Below are positions 20,131 to 28,238 of a stretch of DNA of 64,000 nt, in pieces. Made by a program: the position numbers and the translations under genes. The notes below the pieces were generated by a model. It saw only the letters and a list, made by a program, of their open reading frames with translations, did no database searches and had not been told where the DNA came from. The stretch's first letter is position 1; the number at the start of each line of letters is the position of its first letter. The stretch comes from an uncultured Candidatus Saccharibacteria bacterium (GTDB lineage: Bacteria > Patescibacteriota > Minisyncoccia > Phycocordibacterales > UBA5272). Where the stretch lies: the NCBI GenBank assembly GCA_964577675.1, contig CAZNZQ010000001.1, positions 5,875 to 69,874 of the forward strand. Direction: 5' to 3'.

Positions 20131-20232
20131 CTAAACTTCAAGAATCTCGCCAGACTGGTGTGCCCATAACTTAGCGTATAGCCCTTCCTGTTTGATGAGG
20201 TCTTCATGTGTACCATCTTGCACAATCTTTCC
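20131..20232 (-). pseudogene. 3'-terminal remnant of an ABC exporter ATP-binding protein gene
   Basis: The last ~33 codons of ORF 20131..20331 read GKIVQDGTHEDLIKQEGLYAKLWAHQ, the conserved C-terminus of MsbA-type ABC ATPases. The upstream part of the ORF has no ABC similarity and there are no Walker motifs anywhere nearby. Confidence 0.5.
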
Positions 20233-20262
20233 CTTGGTTTCCTTTCTCGAAAGATTTGACTT

Positions 20263-20292
20263 ATCGGCGCGCAATGCGCCGATTTTTATTTT
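20263..20292 (+). terminator. rho-independent terminator-like hairpin at the left edge of the island
   Basis: ATCGGCGC-gcaat-GCGCCGAT followed by TTTTTATTTT. Confidence 0.5.
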
Positions 20293-20528
20293 CAAAAACG
20301 GGGTCAGGCATCGTTTTAGAACCTGACTCAACTTGGCTGCGATGTAAGGTCTAGTACGTACTGTGTACGTGTGTGTAAGGGGATTTGGGCTAGTTCGAAT
20401 CTCAAACCCTAAGGGGTTTAGGTCGTTATTTACAGTTTATGAAATACCGTATTTGCTGTGATTTTACTGTGATTTCCGTTAATGAATCTGATATTAAAAA
20501 AGCCACAAGTTTTGTATACTTGTGGCAT

Positions 20529-20936
20529 ATGGCAAACCCAGGATCTCTTAAACCTTTCAAGAAAGGTCATGACCCAAGACGTAATGTTAAAGGGAGAATT
20601 TCTAAACCTCTATCTGAGTCTGGAGCTTTGAAAAAGTATCTTCTAAAGCACCTACATAAGAAAGTTACTGTTAATGGTGTACAAATGAGGATGATGGATC
20701 TCGTAGCGGAAAGACTCGTTGATGATGCTGTCAGAGGTAGTATTTCAGCATTAAAAATATTACTTGATAGAACAGAGGGTAAAGTAATGACACAAGCCCA
20801 GATGGCAAAAGTACGAGATAAAGAAGAACGAAAGTTGTCAGCAGCAGAAGACAAAGAGATGCTTCGAGTTATGAGACTTTTTGCAACCGAAGAAGAATTA
20901 AAGAAACTGGACGCTCAGGACTCGACCAAATCCTAA
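20529..20936 (+). CDS. phage-associated protein with DUF5681-like N-terminus
   Basis: MANPGSLKPFKKGHDPRRNVKGRISKP resembles the FKKGQSGNPxGRPKG motif of DUF5681 phage proteins. The start was chosen at the internal Met of ORF 20439..20936. Confidence 0.35.
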   Translation: MANPGSLKPFKKGHDPRRNVKGRISKPLSESGALKKYLLKHLHKKVTVNGVQMRMMDLVAERLVDDAVRGSISALKILLDRTEGKVMTQAQMAKVRDKEERKLSAAEDKEMLRVMRLFATEEELKKLDAQDSTKS

Positions 20937-21005
20937 GGTGTCTGTACTGTAGCTTACATAAAGGCATTTGTGTAGCCGAAGTTATCCACTCAAGTTACTC
21001 TAGGT

Positions 21006-21419
21006 CTATCTCGTTCCAAAGTGGGTATGTTGAACATAGTTGAACTCACCCTTATCTCCACCAACAATTCTTCCATCAATATTTTCCATATAGTACCCTA
21101 AAGTTTTATTTGTAAATAAATCTACAATACTTTTTTGAGTTATTCCCTGACCAACTGATATAGAGCGATACAAACAATCATTCGTATTTTTATCAAAAAT
21201 ATAGTCAGACGATGAGACAATGTCATTAGATGTATTTTGCTTGTTATATGTCTGATCTTCTTTTTCTCTTTTAGATCCTAATTCCAAGCACTGTTTCTGT
21301 AATGATATTTTGAGAGTCCGTTCATTTTGTTCAGGAATATATTTGAGAAGATAATATACAACTGAGACAGCGATAACCAAACATGACAAAGCAACTATAT
21401 GTTGAGTATTTTTATTCAT
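21006..21419 (-). CDS. hypothetical membrane-anchored protein (island)
   Basis: 137 aa with an N-terminal TM helix (IVALSCLVIAVSVVYYLL) and no recognisable domain. Confidence 0.35.
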   Translation of the reverse strand: MNKNTQHIVALSCLVIAVSVVYYLLKYIPEQNERTLKISLQKQCLELGSKREKEDQTYNKQNTSNDIVSSSDYIFDKNTNDCLYRSISVGQGITQKSIVDLFTNKTLGYYMENIDGRIVGGDKGEFNYVQHTHFGTR

Positions 21420-21422
21420 AAG

Positions 21423-21564
21423 TGTGTGATAGGCCTTATAAAGTGTGGTAGCAAAAATCCCACCACGTGGTGAGGTCTTGCGACCTCCATACCCGTTTCC
21501 AGGTACGGCCTATCACAGCAAAATCCACATGATGGGGTTTTTACTGTGATAGGACATTGTTCGC
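21423..21564. promoter_or_regulatory. palindrome-rich divergent control region (operator-like TGTGATAGG repeats)
   Basis: GTGTGATAGGCC at 21423, the inverse GGCCTATCACAG at 21509 and CTGTGATAGG at 21553; the last two form a 10-bp-stem inverted repeat around a 25-nt spacer. A perfect 12-bp palindrome CACCACGTGGTG sits at 21458, with GAGGTCttgcGACCTC next to it. Confidence 0.45.
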
Positions 21565-21710
21565 CATGCCGCTGATTACTCAAATGGTTTAGGCTACTTG
21601 TATTGATTTGTAAGAACATTATACCTCGTTTTTGAGGTCTTTGGTACTATAGCTTACTAATAAAATTTTGTGTAGAGAAATTATTTTATAATTAGTTTGT
21701 ATTTTTTACA

Positions 21711-21719
21711 TGCTATAAT
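21711..21719 (+). promoter_or_regulatory. extended -10 promoter (TGcTATAAT) giving a leaderless transcript
   Basis: TGCTATAAT ends 6 nt before the ATG at 21726, so the predicted TSS coincides with the start codon and there is no SD sequence. Confidence 0.4.
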
Positions 21720-21725
21720 CAAATT

Positions 21726-21905
21726 ATGTCAAAAACTATTCGCCAAAAAAGAGGAGACACTCTTGTCGGAACAATAGAGAAACAATACAATGTAGATCTT
21801 GGACATCGTTCTGATAAGAAATTAGCAACTGTTTTAAAAGAAACAGGTGCTCCTTCTTTGTCGAAACTACTTAAGATGGCAGACTCTTCGAAAAAGAAGA
21901 AATAA
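21726..21905 (+). CDS. small basic protein (59 aa), first gene of recombinase operon; candidate regulator/RDF
   Basis: MSKTIRQKRGDTLVGTIEKQYNVDLGHRSDKKLATVLKETGAPSLSKLLKMADSSKKKK. It is below the 60-aa cutoff of the ORF track. It ends 6 nt before the next ORF. Confidence 0.35.
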   Translation: MSKTIRQKRGDTLVGTIEKQYNVDLGHRSDKKLATVLKETGAPSLSKLLKMADSSKKKK

Positions 21906-21911
21906 GATGGT

Positions 21912-22436
21912 ATGAGCGAAGATAGTTTTGATTTTATTGATTATCAAAATTTGAGGAACAATATAATTGACTCTATTAATTATATTGCAACACTTTGGAT
22001 ACAAGCTGAAAGTATTGAAAAAGCACATCACCAAGAACTATACAGGACAATTATTTTTTATAACGCATCTATAGTAGAAGCATTATTACTGTTCTTTTGT
22101 ACTAAAAAGTCAATTTTAATTACTCAAGATAAATATACGGAGCCGTATAAATTACCTGACGGTTTTCAAAAAACAGGCGGAGAAACTTACATAGCTATAA
22201 AAAAGAAAGTTAAAAAAACATATGCCGAAATTTCATTTGCAGATCTACTTGGTGCTACTGAAGATTTCTTGGGGAAGGCTTTATTTAAAAAGATTACAGA
22301 TTTGAAAGATCTCCGTAATACTGTACATCTAGCAAAGAGTAGGACACTAATTAAGCAGGAAGTCGTTAAAGGTTCGAGTGATACTGTTTTTAAATTAGTA
22401 AAAAAAATTCAAAAAGAAGTTAGGGTTATCAACTAG
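21912..22436 (+). CDS. hypothetical protein (island)
   Basis: 174 aa, AT-rich codon usage, in an operon between the small ORF and the recombinase. No motif could be assigned; the RNTVH stretch is not a canonical HEPN Rx4-6H. Confidence 0.4.
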   Translation: MSEDSFDFIDYQNLRNNIIDSINYIATLWIQAESIEKAHHQELYRTIIFYNASIVEALLLFFCTKKSILITQDKYTEPYKLPDGFQKTGGETYIAIKKKVKKTYAEISFADLLGATEDFLGKALFKKITDLKDLRNTVHLAKSRTLIKQEVVKGSSDTVFKLVKKIQKEVRVIN

Positions 22437-22461
22437 CTATATTGCGTGTTTCGGGTATGTT

Positions 22462-23751
22462 GTGTGTTGTATGGAAAACATAACAGAACCAATAAGATAT
22501 TGCCTCTACGCCCGTAAGTCAAGCGAAGCTGAGGAAAGACAAGCACTTTCAATAGATTCTCAGATAAAAGAGATGCTTTCACTGGCAAGTAGAGACGGGC
22601 TTGAAATTGTAGATATTTACCGAGAATCCCACTCAGCAAAGGATTGTGGACAAAGACCGGTCTATAACCAGCTTTTAACCGATATACGAGCCGGTAAGTT
22701 CAATGGAGTAGTTGTTTGGCATCCAGACAGACTTGCACGTAATGCAGGCGACCTTGGGGTAATTGTAGACCTTTTAGACCAAAAGAAGCTGGTGGAGATA
22801 CGAACACATAGTCAGAGATTTACCAATAATCCAAATGAGAAGTTCTTGCTGATGATTCTAGGGTCACAAGCAAAGCTAGAGAATGATAATAAGAGTATCA
22901 ATGTGAAGCGTGGACTTAAGATGAGGTGTGAGATGGGGTTTTGGCCAAGCGGAGCACCCACTGGATACATCAACTCACCGAATCGAGATGAGAAGGGTGT
23001 GGTCTATATAGATCCTGCGCGCGCGCATGTAATGAAAGATATGTTTGTGAAAGTTGGTCATGGAGGGTGGAGTGGAAGGAAGCTCTATAAATGGCTAAAA
23101 GATATAAAGTTCACCACCAGGTATGGCAAACCTCTTAGCTTAAGTAATATTTATAAAATACTTTCCAATCACTTCTACTATGGAATGTTTGAATACCCAA
23201 AAGGTAGCGGTAAGTGGTATCAAGGTAACTACGAGCCAATCATTTCCAAAGATTTATTTACTGATGTTCAGAACCAGCTACATCAAGAAGTAAGAGTGAA
23301 AGGAAAGAATAAAGAGTTTACATTCACAAAGATGTTTACTTGTGGAGCATGTGGCTCGGGTGTCACTGCGCAAGAGAAGTATAAAAACCTAAAAGACGGA
23401 ACGATTAATAAGTACATCTATTATGGATGTACACGAGCAAAAGATATAAACTGCAAGGAGGGTTATATAGAGGAAAGAGTACTATTAAGTGAGTTGCTGA
23501 AAGTGTTAGATCAAATAGACTTAGATAAATCAGGACTAAAGAAAAAGCTTGAAAAGGAAATTGAGAGGCATAAAGTTTTTCACTCTAAAATCATGGGTAA
23601 AGAAGAAGAAAACTATGAAGTAAAAGACGTAGACATACGCAATTATGCTAAGTATGTCCTAGAGAAAGGATCGGTGTTTGAGAAGAGAGATTTGTTGGGA
23701 ACTTTTAAGAGTGGAGTGAGTCTAAAAGATAAATATATTACGTTAACCTAA
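22462..23751 (+). CDS. large serine recombinase (resolvase/integrase family)
   Basis: The N-terminal resolvase catalytic region contains YARKSS (the Ser nucleophile) and VVWHPDRLAR. A recombinase domain and a C-terminal Cys-rich zinc ribbon (CGACGSG...YYGCTRAKDINC) plus a coiled coil follow. Confidence 0.8.
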   Translation: MCCMENITEPIRYCLYARKSSEAEERQALSIDSQIKEMLSLASRDGLEIVDIYRESHSAKDCGQRPVYNQLLTDIRAGKFNGVVVWHPDRLARNAGDLGVIVDLLDQKKLVEIRTHSQRFTNNPNEKFLLMILGSQAKLENDNKSINVKRGLKMRCEMGFWPSGAPTGYINSPNRDEKGVVYIDPARAHVMKDMFVKVGHGGWSGRKLYKWLKDIKFTTRYGKPLSLSNIYKILSNHFYYGMFEYPKGSGKWYQGNYEPIISKDLFTDVQNQLHQEVRVKGKNKEFTFTKMFTCGACGSGVTAQEKYKNLKDGTINKYIYYGCTRAKDINCKEGYIEERVLLSELLKVLDQIDLDKSGLKKKLEKEIERHKVFHSKIMGKEEENYEVKDVDIRNYAKYVLEKGSVFEKRDLLGTFKSGVSLKDKYITLT

Positions 23752-23757
23752 TTTATT

Positions 23758-24492
23758 TTAAACTATTTCTACCCACGAAGAGTCATAGCCAATGGTTTCT
23801 AGCAATGTGTCAGTATTAAGGGATGGCGGTTTCTTTATGAAAAACTTTAATCGATTTTCAGGGATATTTTCTTTTATTGTAAATTGAGAACCATGTCTTT
23901 GCCAGGTAAACTTATGTTCTTGAGTTTCCTTATCGAAACCTTCTAGGTTTCCATTTTTATTCTTTTTCCAAAAAAATCTATCTTCTGGATACCTAACTGT
24001 TTCGTACTCAAATACACTAAATGGGATTTTCTCATCTTCAAAATCCGTTGGCTTAAGAAGCACAACGGTTCTTATCTCTTTAAATTTATCCCTAAGTCCT
24101 TCTACTCTTCCATTCCAAATTTGAAGGACCTGGGCTCCAATACCATCATCTGTATCAGCAATTGTATCAAAAGAATACTCAGGATTATTTCTACCAGATA
24201 TAAGTCGTACTGAGGTCACAGTATGAGGGCTGCCTGCTTTTACAGTTTTTGCCCCCCAAGCGAAACTCCCTTTAATTACATCATCTAATCCAACATTAGA
24301 AGGTTTCCATTCCGCGTCTATTGCTTTTGCAAAAATTCTTTCCCACTCTGAACCTTCCAGTGCAGGATGTCTACTGGTGGCAAGCATGAAAACTAATTCC
24401 ATACCAAGAATACTCGTAAATGATTTTGGGAAATCATTTAATTGGTATGGTGGCACAGCCTTTTGCACTGTTTTTAGTTTTGGTTCTGACAT
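23758..24492 (-). CDS. putative type II restriction endonuclease (partner of the m5C methyltransferase)
   Basis: 244 aa, sitting 7 nt downstream of and co-directional with the MTase. It has no similarity I can name. The assignment is by genomic context only. Confidence 0.35.
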   Translation of the reverse strand: MSEPKLKTVQKAVPPYQLNDFPKSFTSILGMELVFMLATSRHPALEGSEWERIFAKAIDAEWKPSNVGLDDVIKGSFAWGAKTVKAGSPHTVTSVRLISGRNNPEYSFDTIADTDDGIGAQVLQIWNGRVEGLRDKFKEIRTVVLLKPTDFEDEKIPFSVFEYETVRYPEDRFFWKKNKNGNLEGFDKETQEHKFTWQRHGSQFTIKENIPENRLKFFIKKPPSLNTDTLLETIGYDSSWVEIV

Positions 24493-24498
24493 AATATC

Positions 24499-25491
24499 TT
24501 ATTTTACTCCAATTTTAGATTTTACGCTTCTTTTTTGCGCGGGAATGGGCTTTTTTGACAATGCTTCTATTATTGCACTTGCCACGGCTTCCATTTGAGG
24601 AACTACCACTGCGTTTCCGGCTTGTTTTCGTGCTTGTGAATCAGGCACTATTATTCTGTAATCATCCGGGAACCCTTGTAGTCTAAACATCTCTCTCGGA
24701 GTAAGTCTTCTTTCTCCATTCACAACAAGATAATTATAAGATCCGCTTGCTCTCAGTGCGCAAGAGTAGGACTTCATACTAATGTTACCTGACATATTCT
24801 CATGCCACACAGAAGGATAGGCAGGGGCTGTCTTATTCTGTTCCTTCAGTTTTCTTTGTAACTTTAATTTAAAATAATTACTTAAGAAATGCTTAGAATC
24901 TATTTCTTTATTATCTTCTAAAATGTCTTCAAGCTTCTTAGCTCTTCTCTTTCCTTTGGTGGGAAATTCGAAAGGATGATTATCTCTGAAACCTACTATC
25001 ATTATTCGCTCTCTTTTCTGAGGCACACCAAAATCTAAACCGTTCAAAACCTTGTAGTGAACAAAATAACCTAACTTTTCAAGACTTGAAATTATTGTAT
25101 TAAAGGTTCTACCATGATCATGGGTTGTAAGGTTCTTAACATTCTCAAGGAACACTACTTTAGGTTTTTTATCTTTTATGATTCTTTCCACTTCAAAAAA
25201 CAAAGTTCCCCGTGTATCTGCAAAACCTTTCCTGTTTCCTGCAATACTAAAAGCTTGGCAAGGGAACCCTCCAGTTAAAATGTCATGGTCGGGGATTTCT
25301 TTTGTGGTTATTTTGGTTATATCTCCGTGAGGTTTATCACCAAAGTAGTTTTCATACATTATTTGAGCTGATTCGTCCCATTCAGAACCAAATACGCAAG
25401 TTGCCCCAGCTTTTTCAAAGCCGATTCTAATTCCGCCAATTCCAGCAAATAAATCTATAAAAGTTAATTTCTTCTCTGTATTTTTTTTCAT
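24499..25491 (-). CDS. DNA (cytosine-5)-methyltransferase, M.HhaI-like
   Basis: Motif I FIDLFAGIGG, motif IV GGFPCQAFSIAG, motif VI VVFLENVKN and motif VIII QKRERI. The N-terminal ~190 aa align closely by eye with my recollection of M.HhaI. The start was taken at MKKNTEKK. Confidence 0.85.
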   Translation of the reverse strand: MKKNTEKKLTFIDLFAGIGGIRIGFEKAGATCVFGSEWDESAQIMYENYFGDKPHGDITKITTKEIPDHDILTGGFPCQAFSIAGNRKGFADTRGTLFFEVERIIKDKKPKVVFLENVKNLTTHDHGRTFNTIISSLEKLGYFVHYKVLNGLDFGVPQKRERIMIVGFRDNHPFEFPTKGKRRAKKLEDILEDNKEIDSKHFLSNYFKLKLQRKLKEQNKTAPAYPSVWHENMSGNISMKSYSCALRASGSYNYLVVNGERRLTPREMFRLQGFPDDYRIIVPDSQARKQAGNAVVVPQMEAVASAIIEALSKKPIPAQKRSVKSKIGVK

Positions 25492-25585
25492 TACTCTAAT
25501 AAGTATACACCAAAACGGGTGCCTAAATTTTAGGCTCTCCACAGGTGGAGATTTTGAACAAATTAGAATAGTATTGTTTCAAAAG

Positions 25586-26878
25586 CTATTGAGTCTCCGT
25601 CTTATCTTCTAGCGATTTTAACTCAGAAAACTTAGCTGCCATTGTAGGGTTACCTTTAACAAGCTTCTTAACAGTTAACTCTTCTGCTTTGTCATTAGCT
25701 AGACGCAAGTTGTTCTCTGAAGAGATAAGATCTTTTTTTGTTTTTTCGAGCTGTTTGATGGATTCATCAATGTGATCTATGGCAGTTTTAAACTTTTCAG
25801 ATGCGAGGCGATAATTGCGATTAAAACCATCTCGGAATTCAGTCAAATCATTTTCAAAATTAGTAACATCAATGTTTTGATTTTTAACAATTGCAAGCTC
25901 AGCTTTATACTCAAGTGATTTGAGGGAAGCGTTACGAAGCAAAGTTATTATTGGAATAAAGAATTGTGGGCGAATAACATACATCTTTGAATGACGATAA
26001 GACACGTCAACTATACCTCCATTGTAAAGATCACTCTCCGGCTCAAGTAGTGAAACTAAAACTGCATACTCACATTTCTTTTCATCTCGATCTTTATCAA
26101 GTTCTTTAAGAAAATCCTCATTCTTTTTCTTTGTGGCAGTTTCGTCTCCTTCGTTTTTCATTTCAAACATAATAGAAATGATCTCATTGCCATTCTGATC
26201 AGTTTCTCGATATATATAATCTCCTTTACTGCCAGTTTTAGAATCATTATCTTTTTCAAAATATGCATTTTGAAAAGCTGTAGCACGAAGCTTGTTGAAT
26301 TCGTTTTCACAGTGTTGCTCTAGTGTCTCACCAATCATTTTTGTTGAGAGTTTAAGCTTCATATCTTTACGAAGAGCAATCTCCTCATCTTTCATTTTTA
26401 TGATGTCGTCTTTGGTTTTTAGTTCGCTAGAAAACTTCTCTTTTAGAGATGTCTCGAGTAACTGTTTTTCAACATCTTTACTCTTAAGTTCACCAGCAAG
26501 CTCGTCACGTTCTTTCTCGATTTTATTTACAGCTTCATTAATAGCCAGTTTCTTCTCGGTTTCAGTGGATGCAATTTTTGCTTTTAGTTCAGATATCTCA
26601 AGTTCGCTCTTTGATTGATGTAGAGCTACTTCACGCTCCTTTTCTGCTTTAAGCTTTGCTATTTCTGTATCTTTTTGAGAAAGATCATCTTTTATCTTAT
26701 TTTTAATCTGTTCTTCGGCAAGCTTCACAGCATTCTCTTTATCAGCCTTAAAAAGCCTTTCTCTCTGGAGCAGCTCTTCTTCAAACTGATGATCTCTTAC
26801 TTGCTTGAGAATGTCAGCAAAACCAGCTTCATCAATTTTAAAAGCTTTATGACAGTTAGGGCAGATAATCTCGTTCAT
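25586..26878 (-). CDS. DUF2130-like protein: N-terminal C4 zinc ribbon, long coiled coil, C-terminal RmuC/PD-(D/E)xK-like region
   Basis: CPNCHKAF...; roughly 200 aa of heptad-rich E/K sequence; then GDYIY...[13 protein letters not shown] (a candidate D...ExK nuclease motif). Confidence 0.45.
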   Translation of the reverse strand: MNEIICPNCHKAFKIDEAGFADILKQVRDHQFEEELLQRERLFKADKENAVKLAEEQIKNKIKDDLSQKDTEIAKLKAEKEREVALHQSKSELEISELKAKIASTETEKKLAINEAVNKIEKERDELAGELKSKDVEKQLLETSLKEKFSSELKTKDDIIKMKDEEIALRKDMKLKLSTKMIGETLEQHCENEFNKLRATAFQNAYFEKDNDSKTGSKGDYIYRETDQNGNEIISIMFEMKNEGDETATKKKNEDFLKELDKDRDEKKCEYAVLVSLLEPESDLYNGGIVDVSYRHSKMYVIRPQFFIPIITLLRNASLKSLEYKAELAIVKNQNIDVTNFENDLTEFRDGFNRNYRLASEKFKTAIDHIDESIKQLEKTKKDLISSENNLRLANDKAEELTVKKLVKGNPTMAAKFSELKSLEDKTETQ

Positions 26879-26951
26879 TGTTATATTCTAACATTTATCA
26901 AGATGTAATCTAAATCACTAAGTAAAATCAAAATATATAGATAGTAATTGT

Positions 26952-27266
26952 TTACGTCCTTTGATATTTTAGTCGTCCATATAAAGCTTCACTGTAATAG
27001 TTAGCAAAATAAAACCATTGACCGACAAAAGCTCCGCAATCAGAACATGTATTGGCTAAATAGGTTTCATTTGCTGTTTTGCTAGTTACTTTTTTAATGA
27101 GAACTCCGTTTTTCTCAGCAAGCTCTATTTCTTTTTGGTTAAATTTCTCAGGCCCATAATCCATATTTCCGTTGTCGTCCCCAATAAGAGCAATGAGCAT
27201 TTCTTTACCACACTGCCAACAAGGTGCTGATATGATCATCATTTTTTCTTGTTGTTTATTATTCAT
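26952..27266 (-). CDS. small zinc-finger protein (two CxxC pairs)
   Basis: 104 aa containing CWQCGKEM...CSDCGAF. Confidence 0.4.
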   Translation of the reverse strand: MNNKQQEKMMIISAPCWQCGKEMLIALIGDDNGNMDYGPEKFNQKEIELAEKNGVLIKKVTSKTANETYLANTCSDCGAFVGQWFYFANYYSEALYGRLKYQRT

Positions 27267-27299
27267 GCAATAATATTACACTAAACAAACTACATGCAC

Positions 27300-27643
27300 C
27301 ATGTCATTTAGATCTACTAAGTATTGACCCGTTTAGGTCCTTCGATACTTATTTACAAAGCTGGGGCGTTGAGACTGTCACTGTGTATAGGTCTAGTACG
27401 AGTCCTAACAGGGTGATGGGTTTTGGTCTAGAAAATTCTAAAACCACCTATTGAAAAATATAGGTCTTTAGGTCCTTCGATACTTATTGCTTCTGCTGGG
27501 GCGTTGAGAATGTCACCGGCTTTAGGTCTGGTACTAAGTGACCCCATTGAGACTAGCTTTTTTATTTTTGTGTCAATAGTTGATCTTAAAAAACTATTGA
27601 AAAATATACGAAGTGTTTAGGTCCTTCGATACTTATTGATTCT
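27300..27643. repeat. three tandem degenerate ~140-bp repeats containing the tRNA-Gln 3' flank sequence
   Basis: TTTAGGTCCTTCGATACTTATT..CTGCTGGGG recurs at 27332, 27467 and 27615. Copies 2 and 3 also share CTATTGAAAAATATA upstream. The third copy runs directly into the real tRNA-Gln 3' end. Confidence 0.7.
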
Positions 27644-27714
27644 GCTGGGGTATAAGGACTCGAACCTCAATTAACGGTGCCAGAAACCGTTGTCCTACCA
27701 TTAGACGATACCCC
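27644..27714 (-). tRNA. tRNA-Gln (anticodon CUG)
   Basis: Reverse complement TGGGGTATCGTCTAATGGTAGGACAACGGTTTCTGGCACCGTTAATTGAGGTTCGAGTCCTTATACCCCAG folds as a cloverleaf. It has a U1-A72 acceptor, anticodon stem ACGGT/ACCGT, loop TTCTGGC and a TTCGAGT T-loop, and closely resembles E. coli tRNA-Gln. CCA is not encoded. Confidence 0.75.
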
Positions 27715-27756
27715 AATTAATATTTTGTGGCTCACTACCTCGTTCCTGCCCTTAAT

Positions 27757-27952
27757 CTCTTATTGATACTTGAGATTATTTTGCTCGAAATCTTGCTAGA
27801 TTTACGAGCCCTCGAAGCCGAGCTTCTCGGCCCAATTGTTATTCCTACTTCTCAAACTTTTATTTGCCTCGACTCGGTTATTGATTCTCGAGATTACTTT
27901 GTTCAAAACTTTGCTAAGCTTTGAACCCTTCGAGGCCGAGCCTCGGCGGCCC
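27757..27952 (+). repeat. two tandem ~100-bp imperfect repeats each ending in a GC-rich palindrome
   Basis: Unit 1 (27757-27845) and unit 2 (27860-27952) are about 75% identical. Each carries GCCGAGCTTCTCGGC or GCCGAGCCTCGGC followed by a T-rich tract. Confidence 0.55.
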
Positions 27953-28238
27953 ATTTTATATTTCTCACTATCTTCCGCTCTTCGGGCCGTTGCGACTATG
28001 CTTCCGGCACTGCGATTTCAAAAGATTGATTACTATCTAAGAAATCGGGAGCCCATTTCCTGCTGACAACATTTTGTCGCTGAACAGCTGTGCAAATTTC
28101 TAAATTTTTGAACTTTGCCACAGAAACGTATCCGAAATTCTACCACAATGTTGGACTTTTTTCTAGGCTGACCTGATGAGGCACTCGATAAGTGAGTCTA
28201 GCTTAAAAAGCAATTATGTAGTATTATGCAGTACTCAA

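Larger units (their letters stand above)
20341..27714. mobile_element. integrated genomic island (serine-recombinase element) adjacent to tRNA-Gln
   Basis: It is visibly AT-richer than its flanks and contains a large serine recombinase, an R-M system and a phage-like DUF5681 protein. It is bounded on the left by a truncated ABC gene and on the right by tRNA-Gln. Related ~140-bp repeat units occur at 20341-20440 and three times at 27300-27643. Confidence 0.55.

Noticed and set aside
20380-20412. tRNA fragment suggested by ...GGGCTAGTTCGAATCTCAAACCC...
   Set aside because: It contains a T-loop-like TTCGAAT but the flanking bases do not form a T-stem or acceptor stem, and no cloverleaf can be built. 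It is more likely part of the degenerate junction repeat.
27300-27714. Possible CRISPR array suggested by repeated ~35-60-nt units
   Set aside because: The units are ~140 bp apart and degenerate. They contain tRNA 3'-end sequence and no regular short spacer-repeat periodicity. No cas genes are nearby.
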